From contig JACRJI010000013.1 of assembly GCA_016235665.1 (NCBI GenBank), positions 143,095 to 207,094 of the forward strand: a stretch of 64,000 nucleotides of DNA, given 5' to 3'. Shown here one piece after another: positions 10,101 through 19,359 of the stretch. A model generated the notes under the pieces. That model did no database searches. It was not told the origin of the DNA and worked only from the letters and a program-made list of their open reading frames with translations. Every line of letters begins with the position of its first letter. Position 1 is the stretch's first letter. This DNA comes from a candidate division TA06 bacterium. GTDB taxonomy: Bacteria > Edwardsbacteria > AC1 > EtOH8. The translations under genes and the position numbers were made by a program.

Positions 10101-10639
10101 CCACCTATGATTTCTGCAATGTGGAATACAGCACCAACAGCGGCAGCAGTTGGAACAATCTGGGTGCTTTTGACGGTTACCAGCCGGCTTGGGTTAAGCA
10201 AACATACGATCTATCGTCGATAACATCGGGGACGGTCATCAAAGTGAGATTCCATTTCACCTCCGACGGGTCGGTCACCGGCACCGGCTGGTATGTGGAT
10301 GACATAAGGATACAGGAGACCACCGGCGTTGCCGGCACCCAGACCGACCCCGGCCTGCCATCAGTAATAGTGCTGGGACTGGCCTATCCCAATCCCAGCT
10401 CAGGTGGGGCGCTGATCAAGTATCAGCTCCCGCAAAAAATAAACACCGAACTAAGGGTCTACAATATTGCCGGCCAGATGGTCAGGACCATCCAAATGGG
10501 GATCCAGAACCCAGGCAATCAAAGCGTTTTTTGGAACGGCAGGGATCAAAATGATAAAAAAGTGGCAGCCGGAATTTATTTTTACCAGCTTAATGCCGGC
10601 GGTTTTTCGGCCACCAAAAAATTAGTGGTGATAAAATAA
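7133..10639 (+). CDS. Secreted gingipain-like C25 cysteine peptidase with propeptide, accessory beta domains and FlgD/T9SS-like C-terminal domain
   Basis: Signal peptide; C25 propeptide (GQPKLP); LLVGD, YTDLYY; catalytic GHG and FAC; CTD AYPNP...YNIAGQ...WNGRD...GIYFY...KKLVVIK. Confidence 0.88.
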   Translation: MKHHGIKMAVIGLMILAVSGSAQAQWLSLTQAGPAQKPVSLLQSGNSQIVFEINVPGFEKSTASTKGGDFGLLTIPGQGYNTAVGQPKLPVISEWLEIPQGATATAEFQILESREVSLKELGIEQKIVPVQYPVPKIEGAAEKIPFAMDDNIYSKDKFFGQAKVTLSRPVSMRAKRAVLASFNPISYNPVSGRLKIATRVKVTVNLSGSDQARTNSIYQKYSSKLYDKHVTGITINELAVSKAGKAVLPAPVNQLIIVVDSFYTGIQPLVDWDTRKGYHVTVTRTSEIPGGADTTHIRQYIQSVYDGANPPDLVLLVGDVNGIPAHRSTEEDLPYTDLYYSTMAGSDIVPDLYLSRISVANTPQLGYYLTKYLNYQQGSWGASQDWMSKAYFTSTNDPMHVLTDLTDNYCMALSRSHGITCDSLYAYYGTGTPIATAFNDGRTVMAYTGHGSTTSWSGPSFTQADINALTNAYMSTFVTSFACQTGDFSLGECFGETWIRTANKGAIAFWGSSVYSYWDEDDILQRRMFDAFLDSGYTLIGGMTVKAKLDLGRFYGWDQAVSVTVNRYFEQYNIFGNAGVDLYTQQPAALTVTHPDSISAWPSQLTVNVDAGGPVQDALVAVYRPSTKTLLISGYTDAAGNITFNINPGGAVDSLAVTVTAHNCAPYQGKIQTYSGGAYVAHLKNTVDDATGNGDGVLNPNETAGILLWLKNFGTDTAKAVGAKIRTGDAYVSFIDSVEIYGDIAPGDSIGILGFSLNVATSAPDSHTTLFTVECRDSRDTVWQSGFILVIRAPELAYKSHLVLDPAAGGNNNSILEPGESDSIQVTISNSGGQTATGTTALLSTSDPYLTITGNSASYGDISSTGGAVSAPAYAVTVGAPPASPYFAWVRLNISALSGGYARTDSFRLVIGGAGFFDNVEDAGLTAKYSVQSQWHITGQSSYSPGQSWWCGDSASGQYSSLLDASLTTPEIILGPKSELSFWHKYDTEATYDFCNVEYSTNSGSSWNNLGAFDGYQPAWVKQTYDLSSITSGTVIKVRFHFTSDGSVTGTGWYVDDIRIQETTGVAGTQTDPGLPSVIVLGLAYPNPSSGGALIKYQLPQKINTELRVYNIAGQMVRTIQMGIQNPGNQSVFWNGRDQNDKKVAAGIYFYQLNAGGFSATKKLVVIK

Positions 10640-10656
10640 ATCAACCTGCATGGAAT

Positions 10657-10690
10657 ACGGGCGTTTTCTGATCAAGAGAAAACGCCCGTT
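10657..10690 (+). terminator. Strong intergenic hairpin (weak terminator or mRNA-stabilising stem)
   Basis: ACGGGCGTTTTCT-N7-AGAAAACGCCCGT with only a short T tract after it. Confidence 0.5.
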
Positions 10691-10711
10691 GACTTTAAGC
10701 GAAAGGCAGAT

Positions 10712-13342
10712 ATGAATAAAATTGTATTTTGGGGATTGCTGGCGCTGGTAATCACCGGTCCGGCCGGTGCGGTCAAACAGCTGGCGGTGGTAAGGTACTC
10801 CAAGAAAGAAGAACTGAAAGACATCTTATCCTATGGCCGGCTGGACGTGTTGAAAATAAAACCCGGCTACGGTGTGGAATGCCTGGCGGATGATTCCGAA
10901 CTGGCCGTCTTAAAGGACAGGGGATGTGCCGTTGATGTGATCATTGACGACGTCATTGCCTACTACCGGAAGATCAAGTCCGGTTACAAGTCCGACTCCT
11001 TCGGCCCCTATTACAGCTACGCCGAGGCGGTGGCCGAGATGAACAGCCTGCATGCCCAGTACCCGTCACTGGTGTCCGCGCCGGAATCGCTGGGGGCCGG
11101 GTGGGAAGGCAGGCCGGTGTGGGCTTTTAAAGTATCCAACAGCCCCGCCTCGGACAACGGAAAACCGGGAGTGCTTTATACCGGCGTGCACCATGCCCGG
11201 GAGCCGATCACGGTGACCATAACCCTGGGATTTGCCAGATACCTCTGCCAGAATTACAGCACCGATCCCGGCATAAAAACGCTGGTGGATAACCGGCAGA
11301 TATGGTTCATACCGGTGGTCAATCCCGACGGCTATGTGTTCAACCAGACATATTCAGATTCCCTATGGCGCAAGAACCGCCGCAACAACGGGGACGGCAG
11401 CTACGGGGTGGACGTGAACCGGAATTATCCCTATATGTGGGGATATGACAATAGCGGCTCCAGCCCCACGCCGTCTTACGAGACTTACCGTGGCCCCTCG
11501 GCCGGTTCCGAGCCGGAAGTTCAGGCGGTGATGGGACTGATGATCAGGGAGGGATATTTTAAAACAGCGCTTAATTACCACAGTTACAGCAACCTGTGGA
11601 TATATCCCTGGGGCTATGCCAGCATCCAAGCCCCTGATTCATCGATCTTCCGCGATATCTCTATGGAGATTGCTGCCTACAACGGTTATGCCTACGGTAC
11701 TTCTTGGGAACTTTTATATAACACCAACGGGGATTCAGATGACTGGATGTATGGGGAGGAACTGGATAAACCAAGGTGCTTCGCCTTTACCCCGGAGGTG
11801 GGGGAGGATTTCTGGCAGGCTGATACCGCCGGCATCGTCGAGCAGTTCAACGAAAACCTGATACCCAACATAATGACGGCCCAGGCCGCCGGTGCCTATC
11901 CTGTCCCCACCGGAAAGACATCAATAGCCGGCGGAGACGGCGACACCCTGGCCGAGTCCGGGGAACTTTTGGACCTTTCGCTGGAGGTAAAGAACCGGGC
12001 CCTGGATGCAGAAGCCAACGGCATCACCGGAACCCTGGGAAGCAACGACCCCTACATGGAGATCAAGCAGGCTGCCGGGGCTTTTGGGGATATTTCGGCG
12101 CTTGCCACAAAGTATAACACAGTTCCTTTCACCATCAGCATAGATACTGTTTGCCCGGCCGGACACGCGGCTGATTTCGAGGTCAAACTTAAGGACACCG
12201 AAGGCTCCATTTATCCAGGGCAGGTCCGCCTTTCCATGACCGGCGGCATTGATACCATATTTCATAACGAGGTAGAGGCAGGGATCGGGGATTGGACCCA
12301 CAGCGGATCAGGTGATCTGTGGCATATCACCACCCATTCCAGCCACACCCCAAGCCACAGCTGGTACTGCGGCAATGAAGGCAGCTGGGTCTACAGTGAC
12401 GACATGAACTGCCGGCTGGTGTCCGGGCCCATCACCGCCAAGAGGTATTACACTTTGAGTTTCTGGCACCGCTACGGGTTGGAACTGGACTGGGATTATG
12501 GTTACGTGGAAGTATCCACAGACAACGGCGCCACCTGGATCCTGGCCGGACCTAGGTTCAACGGGACCTCCGGCTGGACCAAGCACACCATCGATCTCAG
12601 CGCTTACTCGGAAACGATCAGGCTGGGCTTCAGGCTTAATTCCGACAGCTACGTGACCGACGAAGGCTGGTACCTCGACGACATCGTGGTCACCGGAGAC
12701 ACCTCCAGCAACCGGCCTCCGGGAAAACCCCTGGCTGTTTCTCCCTCCGGAGGCGCCATAGTGCCCGACTCCCTGCCGTATTTGACCGTAAGCAATGCCA
12801 GCGATACCAATGGAGATCTTTTGTCCTATGGTTTCAACATTTACTCCGATTCTCTGCTGACCAGCATCTACGCCCAGGGAAAAAATGTGGCCTCAGGTTC
12901 CGGCAGCACGTCCTGGCAGTTGACCAAAGCTCTGGTCCCGGGTCATTACTGGTGGCGGGCTTATGCCGAAGACGGCAAGGAGAGAGGCTTGTTCTGCGAC
13001 AAGGCCCATTTCTCCTATGATCCCGACGGAATTCAGGGGGATCCGGATTCCCGGTTGATCCCGAAAACATTTTTCCTGGAACAAGGTTATCCCAATCCCA
13101 GCCGCGGCAGAGTGGAAATAACATACCAGTTGCCCCGGTCAGGAGCGGTTCAAACTAAAATCTACAATGTTTCCGGCCAGTTGGTAAGGGTTTTGGAAGC
13201 AGGCCCCAAGCCGGCCGGCTATCATGCGGTCCGCTGGGACGGGCGGGATGATCAGGGGCAGAACCTCGGTTCGGGGATATATTTCTGCAAACTGCAGACC
13301 GAAGGATTAAGCGCCACCCAAAGACTAACAGTCATCAGGTAA
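10712..13342 (+). CDS. Secreted M14 zinc carboxypeptidase (carboxypeptidase T-like) with FlgD/T9SS-like C-terminal domain
   Basis: HARE, NPDG, RKNRR, NRNY, NYHSY, TPEVG; CTD GYPNP...RLTVIR. Confidence 0.9.
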   Translation: MNKIVFWGLLALVITGPAGAVKQLAVVRYSKKEELKDILSYGRLDVLKIKPGYGVECLADDSELAVLKDRGCAVDVIIDDVIAYYRKIKSGYKSDSFGPYYSYAEAVAEMNSLHAQYPSLVSAPESLGAGWEGRPVWAFKVSNSPASDNGKPGVLYTGVHHAREPITVTITLGFARYLCQNYSTDPGIKTLVDNRQIWFIPVVNPDGYVFNQTYSDSLWRKNRRNNGDGSYGVDVNRNYPYMWGYDNSGSSPTPSYETYRGPSAGSEPEVQAVMGLMIREGYFKTALNYHSYSNLWIYPWGYASIQAPDSSIFRDISMEIAAYNGYAYGTSWELLYNTNGDSDDWMYGEELDKPRCFAFTPEVGEDFWQADTAGIVEQFNENLIPNIMTAQAAGAYPVPTGKTSIAGGDGDTLAESGELLDLSLEVKNRALDAEANGITGTLGSNDPYMEIKQAAGAFGDISALATKYNTVPFTISIDTVCPAGHAADFEVKLKDTEGSIYPGQVRLSMTGGIDTIFHNEVEAGIGDWTHSGSGDLWHITTHSSHTPSHSWYCGNEGSWVYSDDMNCRLVSGPITAKRYYTLSFWHRYGLELDWDYGYVEVSTDNGATWILAGPRFNGTSGWTKHTIDLSAYSETIRLGFRLNSDSYVTDEGWYLDDIVVTGDTSSNRPPGKPLAVSPSGGAIVPDSLPYLTVSNASDTNGDLLSYGFNIYSDSLLTSIYAQGKNVASGSGSTSWQLTKALVPGHYWWRAYAEDGKERGLFCDKAHFSYDPDGIQGDPDSRLIPKTFFLEQGYPNPSRGRVEITYQLPRSGAVQTKIYNVSGQLVRVLEAGPKPAGYHAVRWDGRDDQGQNLGSGIYFCKLQTEGLSATQRLTVIR

Positions 13343-13370
13343 AATAAATATACTTCAAAGTAAGGGAGCC

Positions 13371-15014
13371 ATGAAAATAAAATTATTATTGATCCCGGTT
13401 ATGCTGTTGCTGCTGGTCCCGGCTGGTCTACAGGCCCAGTCCGGCAGTTTGATCCCGGTGAAGATCTACATCTCCTCCCACGATGATGTCTACAAGTTTC
13501 AGAAGCTGGGGGTGGGAATAGAGGAACTTAGGGACGGTTATATAGAAGCCCGTATTGCTAAATCCAAGTATGATGAGTTGATCTCTTTGGGCTGGAAAGT
13601 GGAGGGAAGATTGGTGAAAAAAATTGATCCCAAAATCGCTCTCCAATATCACAATTATATCCAAATGACCAATTTCCTCGATTCGATCCACGCCCTTTAT
13701 CCGGCTATCACGAAGAAGGTGTCAATCGGACAATCGGTCCAGGGCCGGGAACTGTGGGCGTTTCTGGTCACCGACAACCCGGACAGCGCGGAAAACGAAG
13801 CCGAGGTGCGGCTGGCCGCCAATATCCATGGCGATGAAACCGTTGGGCGGGAACTGTGCCTGGCGATGATAGATTCTCTAACGAAAGTGTATGGAGGCGT
13901 TTCCCCAATTACAGATATGGTGAACACCCGGGAAATTTGGTTCATGCCATCGTTAAATCCCGATGGTTATGAATTAGACCAGCGATATAACGCCAACGGC
14001 GTTGATCTTAACCGTAATTACCCTGTGCCAGATGGTTCGATCGGTGAGGATGGCACATATGTCAATGAAGTTGAAACACAATTGTTCATGGATTTTTGGT
14101 CAAGCAAACGGGCGGTGTTGTCCTTAAATTATCACGGTGGGGCTTTGGTCGCCAACTATCCCTGGGATTATACCGTCATCCGTTGCCCGGATGACCTGCT
14201 GGCGAAAGAAGTCTCTTTGGGTTATTCACGGCTGAATCCGCCGATGTACGCCAGTGCCGTTTTTGACAGCGGCGTGACCAACGGTTGGGATTGGTACTAT
14301 GTTTATGGGTCACTGCAGGACTGGTCGTATCATGGTACGTCTTGTTTGGATGTCACGATGGAAATAGGGACCAAATGGCCGGAGGCAAGTACTCTCCCGG
14401 CTTATTGGAGTGACAACCGCGGCGGCATGCTTTTCTTCATCCGCCAGGCTGGATTGGGACTTCAGGGCCTGGTCACAGATTCCGCCACCGGCCTGCCCCT
14501 GGACTTTGCCCAGGTTGAGGTGGCGGGGATTGACAAGCCGGTCTACTGCGATTCCATAGGGGACTATCACCGGATGCTGCTTTCGGGCGCTTACGATCTC
14601 ACTTTTTCCAAGGACGGATATTTCCCAAAGACCATCAGCGGTGTCCGGGTGAATTATGACAGCCTGACCAGCCTGGACGTGGCCCTGGTCAAGGATCCGG
14701 GGGGAGTAGAGGGCAATCCCTGCGAGATCGTGGCCCAGCGGATAAAACTGCTTAAGACCTATCCCAACCCCCTGCATAATTCAGTTACCGTTGCCTTCCA
14801 GTTATTTCAACGGTCAAGCTGCGATCTTAGAATATACAATGTTGCCGGCCAGCAGGTACGGAAAATACTTGACCGCACCATGGATCCCGGTATTTATGAT
14901 ATTAACTGGAATGGAATTGATGACGCCGGGCGGAAAACTGCCGACGGTGTTTATTGTTTTTGCTTGGATGCCGGGGGACAAAAAATTATGGGGAAAATGG
15001 TTAAGATCGATTGA
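13371..15014 (+). CDS. Secreted M14 carboxypeptidase (N/E-like) with transthyretin-like domain and FlgD/T9SS-like C-terminal domain
   Basis: NIHGDE, DLNRNY, NYHGGALVANYPWD, GSLQDWSY; CTD TYPNP...KMVKID. Confidence 0.9.
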   Translation: MKIKLLLIPVMLLLLVPAGLQAQSGSLIPVKIYISSHDDVYKFQKLGVGIEELRDGYIEARIAKSKYDELISLGWKVEGRLVKKIDPKIALQYHNYIQMTNFLDSIHALYPAITKKVSIGQSVQGRELWAFLVTDNPDSAENEAEVRLAANIHGDETVGRELCLAMIDSLTKVYGGVSPITDMVNTREIWFMPSLNPDGYELDQRYNANGVDLNRNYPVPDGSIGEDGTYVNEVETQLFMDFWSSKRAVLSLNYHGGALVANYPWDYTVIRCPDDLLAKEVSLGYSRLNPPMYASAVFDSGVTNGWDWYYVYGSLQDWSYHGTSCLDVTMEIGTKWPEASTLPAYWSDNRGGMLFFIRQAGLGLQGLVTDSATGLPLDFAQVEVAGIDKPVYCDSIGDYHRMLLSGAYDLTFSKDGYFPKTISGVRVNYDSLTSLDVALVKDPGGVEGNPCEIVAQRIKLLKTYPNPLHNSVTVAFQLFQRSSCDLRIYNVAGQQVRKILDRTMDPGIYDINWNGIDDAGRKTADGVYCFCLDAGGQKIMGKMVKID

Positions 15015-15070
15015 GTAAATTCGCCGTTTTTTAAAGAGCGTTTTTCATTCTTGATTGGAAGGACCGAACC

Positions 15071-17995
15071 ATGAAATTAAAAGCACTATCGTTTTTACTG
15101 ATGGCGTTAGTTTCGGCAGTTGCCGGGACTGCCAACGAGCAGTTGATATCCGTTTCCCTTAAGGATCGGAATGATATTATCCGGTGGAGAGAAGAGAGAA
15201 TACCCACGCGGCTGTTTTTGTCGGGACAAGCCCTGTCGGTTGCCGATATCCAAACAGTAATCTATTTGAAAACCAGGGGCTATCAGGTTGAGGTTATCGG
15301 CCCATGGAACAATCAAGGCGCATACTGGGTCGCCAGGAACGGTATTCCGATAGGGAAAGGGGAGCCCGAAAAGGTGCTTTGGCAAAAGGGGAAATCAGTG
15401 ATAGGATACAACTCTTCCGGTAAGGAACTATCGTTGCCAGATCCTCACAGGTATCAGCCCTTTCCGGTAAAAGCGTTGCCAGCCAGATACTGGGATCAGA
15501 TATTATTAGTCCGGTCGGCCCCGGCCAGGCTGAAGTCCGATCCGGAAATACAGGTCCTGGTGGACCAGGTAAATTCCGATACTCTGACCGCGACCATCCA
15601 GAGACTTCAGGATTTTAAGACCAGACTGGCCCTTTCCGACAGCTGTTATGCCGCGGAGGAATGGTTGCTTCAAAAATTCAATTCCTACGGATACAGCGCC
15701 GAATATGACAGTTTCTACCACGCCCGAAGCCTTTATTTTGCCGAGCCCTGGCCCGGGGCAGGATACGACCGTAATGTATTGGCCAAGGCCCCCGGTTCTT
15801 CCAGGCCATTACAGGAGTTTGTTATCTGCGGCCACCTGGATGCCACCACCCTGGGCGGTTATTCCCACCCCATCGATACCAGTCTCTGCCGCACCGACGC
15901 TCCCGGGGCCGATGACAATGCCACGGGCAGCGCCGCCACTTTGGAAATTGCCCGGATCTGCCGGGGAACGTCATTCAACCCATCCCTAACTTATGCGTTA
16001 TGGGCGGCGGAGGAAAGCTATCTGCTGGGAAGTGACCACTATGCCGCCAGTACCCAAAACCTGGGCACCGATCTCCGGGGAGTGGTGAACATGGATATGG
16101 TGGGGTGGATGAATAGTACAGCTATTGATATAGATGTTGGAAGCAGCGACCCATTTTCTCAGTGGCTCAATGATTTGTATTCGGAGGCGGCGCTGATCTA
16201 CGCCCCGGAGCTGACCGTTTATCAAGGCATGGGGAACGGTTCCGATGATATGTCATTCGCCGACCGGGGTTACCCCGCGCTGATGCTGATCGCCGATTAT
16301 TATGCCGGCTTCAATCCCTATTATCATACCACAGAAGAGACGATAGACAAGATCAACCCCTTGCTATACACCGCAGTGACCAAAGCCTCGCTAGCGGTGA
16401 CCGCCATATTGGGGCTTTATCCCGGTCCGGTGGATTCTGTCAAATGCCGCGACCTGGGGGATGGCAGCAGACTGGTGGTCAGCTGGCAGCCCAGCCCGGA
16501 AGGTGATGTTACCGGATATAGGATATACCGGGGAAGAAGCAGCGGGAATTATGGCGATACAACTTGGGTGCCGGGACAGACGTCAAATATTGACACTATT
16601 GACGGATTGTATTCGGATTCAGCTTATTATTTCGCGGTGACGGCCATGGGATATAATAGCCGCGAAAGTTATGATGCCATGGAAGTCAGCGGAACCCCCA
16701 AGCTTCAACCCCAGGCTCCAGCCGGCCTGGCCGTAGTTCCGGTAGACTCCGGAAGCGCTTTGTTATGGGAGAACAATTTTGAACTCGATCTGGAGGGATA
16801 CAATGTCTACCGCAGGATAGATAATGGAACTTTTGACAGCCTGGCTTATACCACAGATACTTTTTTACTTGACAAGCCACTGTCCGGGGCCAGCCGTTAT
16901 TACTACAAGATAAAAGCCAGGGACACGGACGGCAACTGCAGCCAGTTTTCCGACTCGGTCTACTGCCGCCCAATTACGCTGGACCAGGGGATTCTTCTGG
17001 TTGACGAGACCAATAACTGGTCGACTGGGAGCTTTCCGAGGGACGTCCAGCAGGACAGCTTTTATAATTACATTATGTCAGGATATAAATACGAACAGTA
17101 CGAGTATGGAACCTCCCTGCAGAAGCCAATATTAGCGGACTTCGGAACGTACTCCACAGTGGCTTGGCTGGCCGATGATTACGCCGGGATGCTAGCTACT
17201 GGGGCGGTCAATGATCTGAGGAGCTACCTTGATAACGGTGGCAAACTGTGGTTGGCTGGTTGGAAACCTTCGGGGAATCTGCATAACAGCATAACCTATC
17301 CGGCGAACTATGTTGCCGGTGACTTGTCCTACGACTGTTTCAAGATTACGCATGCAGAGTTGTCGGGAACGGCGGACTCCTTTAAAACGGCCTTAGGCTT
17401 ATATGGTTACCCTGATATAACAATAGATACCCTGAAATATCCCTCCACCATCTGGGGAAAGACCTTGCGGAGCATAGAGGCCCTGACCCCGCTGGCCGGA
17501 GCGGACACCATATATGTGATGGACATGAAGAACAATGGCAGTACTTTTGAGGGCCGGGCCTGCGCGGTGCGGGACTCGGGCAAGACGGTGTTCTTTGGCT
17601 TCCCGCTGTACTTCATGGACCGGGAACAGGTAAAAGCAGCGGCCCAGAAGGTGATGGCGGAGTTCGGGGAGGAGCCGCTTGGGGCGGCGGGCAAGCCGGA
17701 GAACTTGGAGCGGATAACTGATTTCAGATTGTTCCAGAACTCACCCAACCCGTTCAAGAACCAGACGGCAATAAGTTATCAGCTTCCCCAAACGGGCCGG
17801 GTCAAACTGAACATCTATAACATCGCGGGCCAATTGGTGAAAACCCTGGTGAATGCAGAGCAAACAGCAGGCTGTTATTCAATTGCCTGGAATGGCAGCA
17901 ATGACAACGGAATGAATGTATCCAATGGTGTATATATATACCGGTTTCAGGCAGGAGATATGAGCCAAACCAGAAAAATGATAGTTTTAAAATAA
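15071..17995 (+). CDS. Secreted M28 aminopeptidase with fibronectin-III repeats and FlgD/T9SS-like C-terminal domain
   Basis: GHLD, GADDNATG, AEE, NMDM, SDD, YHT; FN3-like W...GYRIYR and GYNVYR; CTD NSPNPF...KMIVLK. Confidence 0.88.
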   Translation: MKLKALSFLLMALVSAVAGTANEQLISVSLKDRNDIIRWREERIPTRLFLSGQALSVADIQTVIYLKTRGYQVEVIGPWNNQGAYWVARNGIPIGKGEPEKVLWQKGKSVIGYNSSGKELSLPDPHRYQPFPVKALPARYWDQILLVRSAPARLKSDPEIQVLVDQVNSDTLTATIQRLQDFKTRLALSDSCYAAEEWLLQKFNSYGYSAEYDSFYHARSLYFAEPWPGAGYDRNVLAKAPGSSRPLQEFVICGHLDATTLGGYSHPIDTSLCRTDAPGADDNATGSAATLEIARICRGTSFNPSLTYALWAAEESYLLGSDHYAASTQNLGTDLRGVVNMDMVGWMNSTAIDIDVGSSDPFSQWLNDLYSEAALIYAPELTVYQGMGNGSDDMSFADRGYPALMLIADYYAGFNPYYHTTEETIDKINPLLYTAVTKASLAVTAILGLYPGPVDSVKCRDLGDGSRLVVSWQPSPEGDVTGYRIYRGRSSGNYGDTTWVPGQTSNIDTIDGLYSDSAYYFAVTAMGYNSRESYDAMEVSGTPKLQPQAPAGLAVVPVDSGSALLWENNFELDLEGYNVYRRIDNGTFDSLAYTTDTFLLDKPLSGASRYYYKIKARDTDGNCSQFSDSVYCRPITLDQGILLVDETNNWSTGSFPRDVQQDSFYNYIMSGYKYEQYEYGTSLQKPILADFGTYSTVAWLADDYAGMLATGAVNDLRSYLDNGGKLWLAGWKPSGNLHNSITYPANYVAGDLSYDCFKITHAELSGTADSFKTALGLYGYPDITIDTLKYPSTIWGKTLRSIEALTPLAGADTIYVMDMKNNGSTFEGRACAVRDSGKTVFFGFPLYFMDREQVKAAAQKVMAEFGEEPLGAAGKPENLERITDFRLFQNSPNPFKNQTAISYQLPQTGRVKLNIYNIAGQLVKTLVNAEQTAGCYSIAWNGSNDNGMNVSNGVYIYRFQAGDMSQTRKMIVLK

Positions 17996-18051
17996 TAAAC
18001 AAATAACTTTACACTTAAAAAAGGTAGTTATTTAACCTTTCAATATTGTTA

Positions 18052-18080
18052 TTGACAAAGTAACACTTTAGTGCTAACAT
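18052..18080 (+). promoter_or_regulatory. sigma70-type promoter
   Basis: TTGACA-17 nt-TAACAT followed by an AAGGAGG RBS. Confidence 0.6.
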
Positions 18081-18114
18081 TAAATAAAATTCTACATAAA
18101 AAGGAGGAATTAGC

Positions 18115-19194
18115 ATGAAACGTATTATTTCAATATTGATTTTTTTAACAGCCGTATCGTTTACAGGGTGTACCATAAATAATTATACCATTTTACCGAC
18201 TCAACCTGATAACAATACTACTGGCACTGAATCATTTTCGATGGCCATGTCTTTAAAGCCTGCAATCGACAGTGGGTACACTATAACCAGGATAGGGGTT
18301 AAGATTGCCAATGGTACTTTTACCGACTCTATGGATTTAACGATCTCGGGAGATTCGGCAAAGGGGACATTTACCGAGCTTGTTCCTGGCACATATACCA
18401 TTACGGTCAAGGCTTACCAAAACACAATGCTTGTGGCTCAGGGAACCGGTTCCGGCGTAGTAGTGGCGGGTGAGATGAATCAGGCCTATATTCATCTTCA
18501 GTTCGTAACCACTACTGGTGATCTTGAGATCCTAGTGGATTGGGGTACCGTGGACGAACCATTATCGGGGTTGGTAGCCTCTTATCCGTTTACCGGGAAT
18601 GCCAATGATGTCAGTGGCAACGGCCATAACGGGGTGGTGGTCGGAGCTACACTAACCTCGGACCGCTTTGGCAACACAAATTCCGCTTATTTGTTCAACG
18701 GCACCAGCAATATCATTACTCTTTGCCCAGCAAACCAGTTGAGCCTTTATGACCAGGATTTTACAGTATCTGCTTGGTTCAACGGAAGTTCATTCGTAAA
18801 CCGTGATGCGACAATATTGGGCAACGATTATGGGACAACGAGTTCTCAATTGGCATTGATGGTCCGTTATAATAAACCGTTGATGGCATTCATTTGGAAT
18901 GATACTTACGGCAAAAGCGCTATTCAGATTAATACTTGGTACCACATTGTCTTCCGCTATAAGAAAAGCATCGGGGAACAGGGAATATTTGTAAATGGAA
19001 TTCAAGATACCCTGAGTTTAGGGCACAGCGCATTCATTGGCACCGATACAGTCAGGGTCGGACGCTGGAACAGAGGAAGTTCTGCTGTCGGCTCAACTTA
19101 TTTTATGGGCATCCTTGATGATATCCAAATTTACAACCGGGCAATAAGTGATATTGAGATACAAACCCTATACCATGTGAACGGTTGGCAATAA
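18115..19194 (+). CDS. Lipoprotein with LamG/concanavalin-A-like domain
   Basis: Lipobox FTG-C; YPFTGNANDVSGNG, DRFG, FTVSAW, WYHIV, GILDDIQIYNRA. Confidence 0.8.
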   Translation: MKRIISILIFLTAVSFTGCTINNYTILPTQPDNNTTGTESFSMAMSLKPAIDSGYTITRIGVKIANGTFTDSMDLTISGDSAKGTFTELVPGTYTITVKAYQNTMLVAQGTGSGVVVAGEMNQAYIHLQFVTTTGDLEILVDWGTVDEPLSGLVASYPFTGNANDVSGNGHNGVVVGATLTSDRFGNTNSAYLFNGTSNIITLCPANQLSLYDQDFTVSAWFNGSSFVNRDATILGNDYGTTSSQLALMVRYNKPLMAFIWNDTYGKSAIQINTWYHIVFRYKKSIGEQGIFVNGIQDTLSLGHSAFIGTDTVRVGRWNRGSSAVGSTYFMGILDDIQIYNRAISDIEIQTLYHVNGWQ

Positions 19195-19205
19195 AGATGC
19201 AAATC

Positions 19206-19246
19206 AAAAGAGACCCCGTCAATATTTGACGGGGTCTCTTTTTTTT
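19206..19246 (+). terminator. Rho-independent terminator
   Basis: AAAAGAGACCCCGTCAA-TAT-TTGACGGGGTCTCTTTT followed by a T run. Confidence 0.85.
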
Positions 19247-19359
19247 ATGTGATAATATTTTTAACAAACATATTGCAAGGACAGGTTAAATTTGGTATCA
19301 TATAATGTTTAAAACTATTTGCCGCAATTGCAGTTAGGTAAACCAAAATTCCTAAAGCA

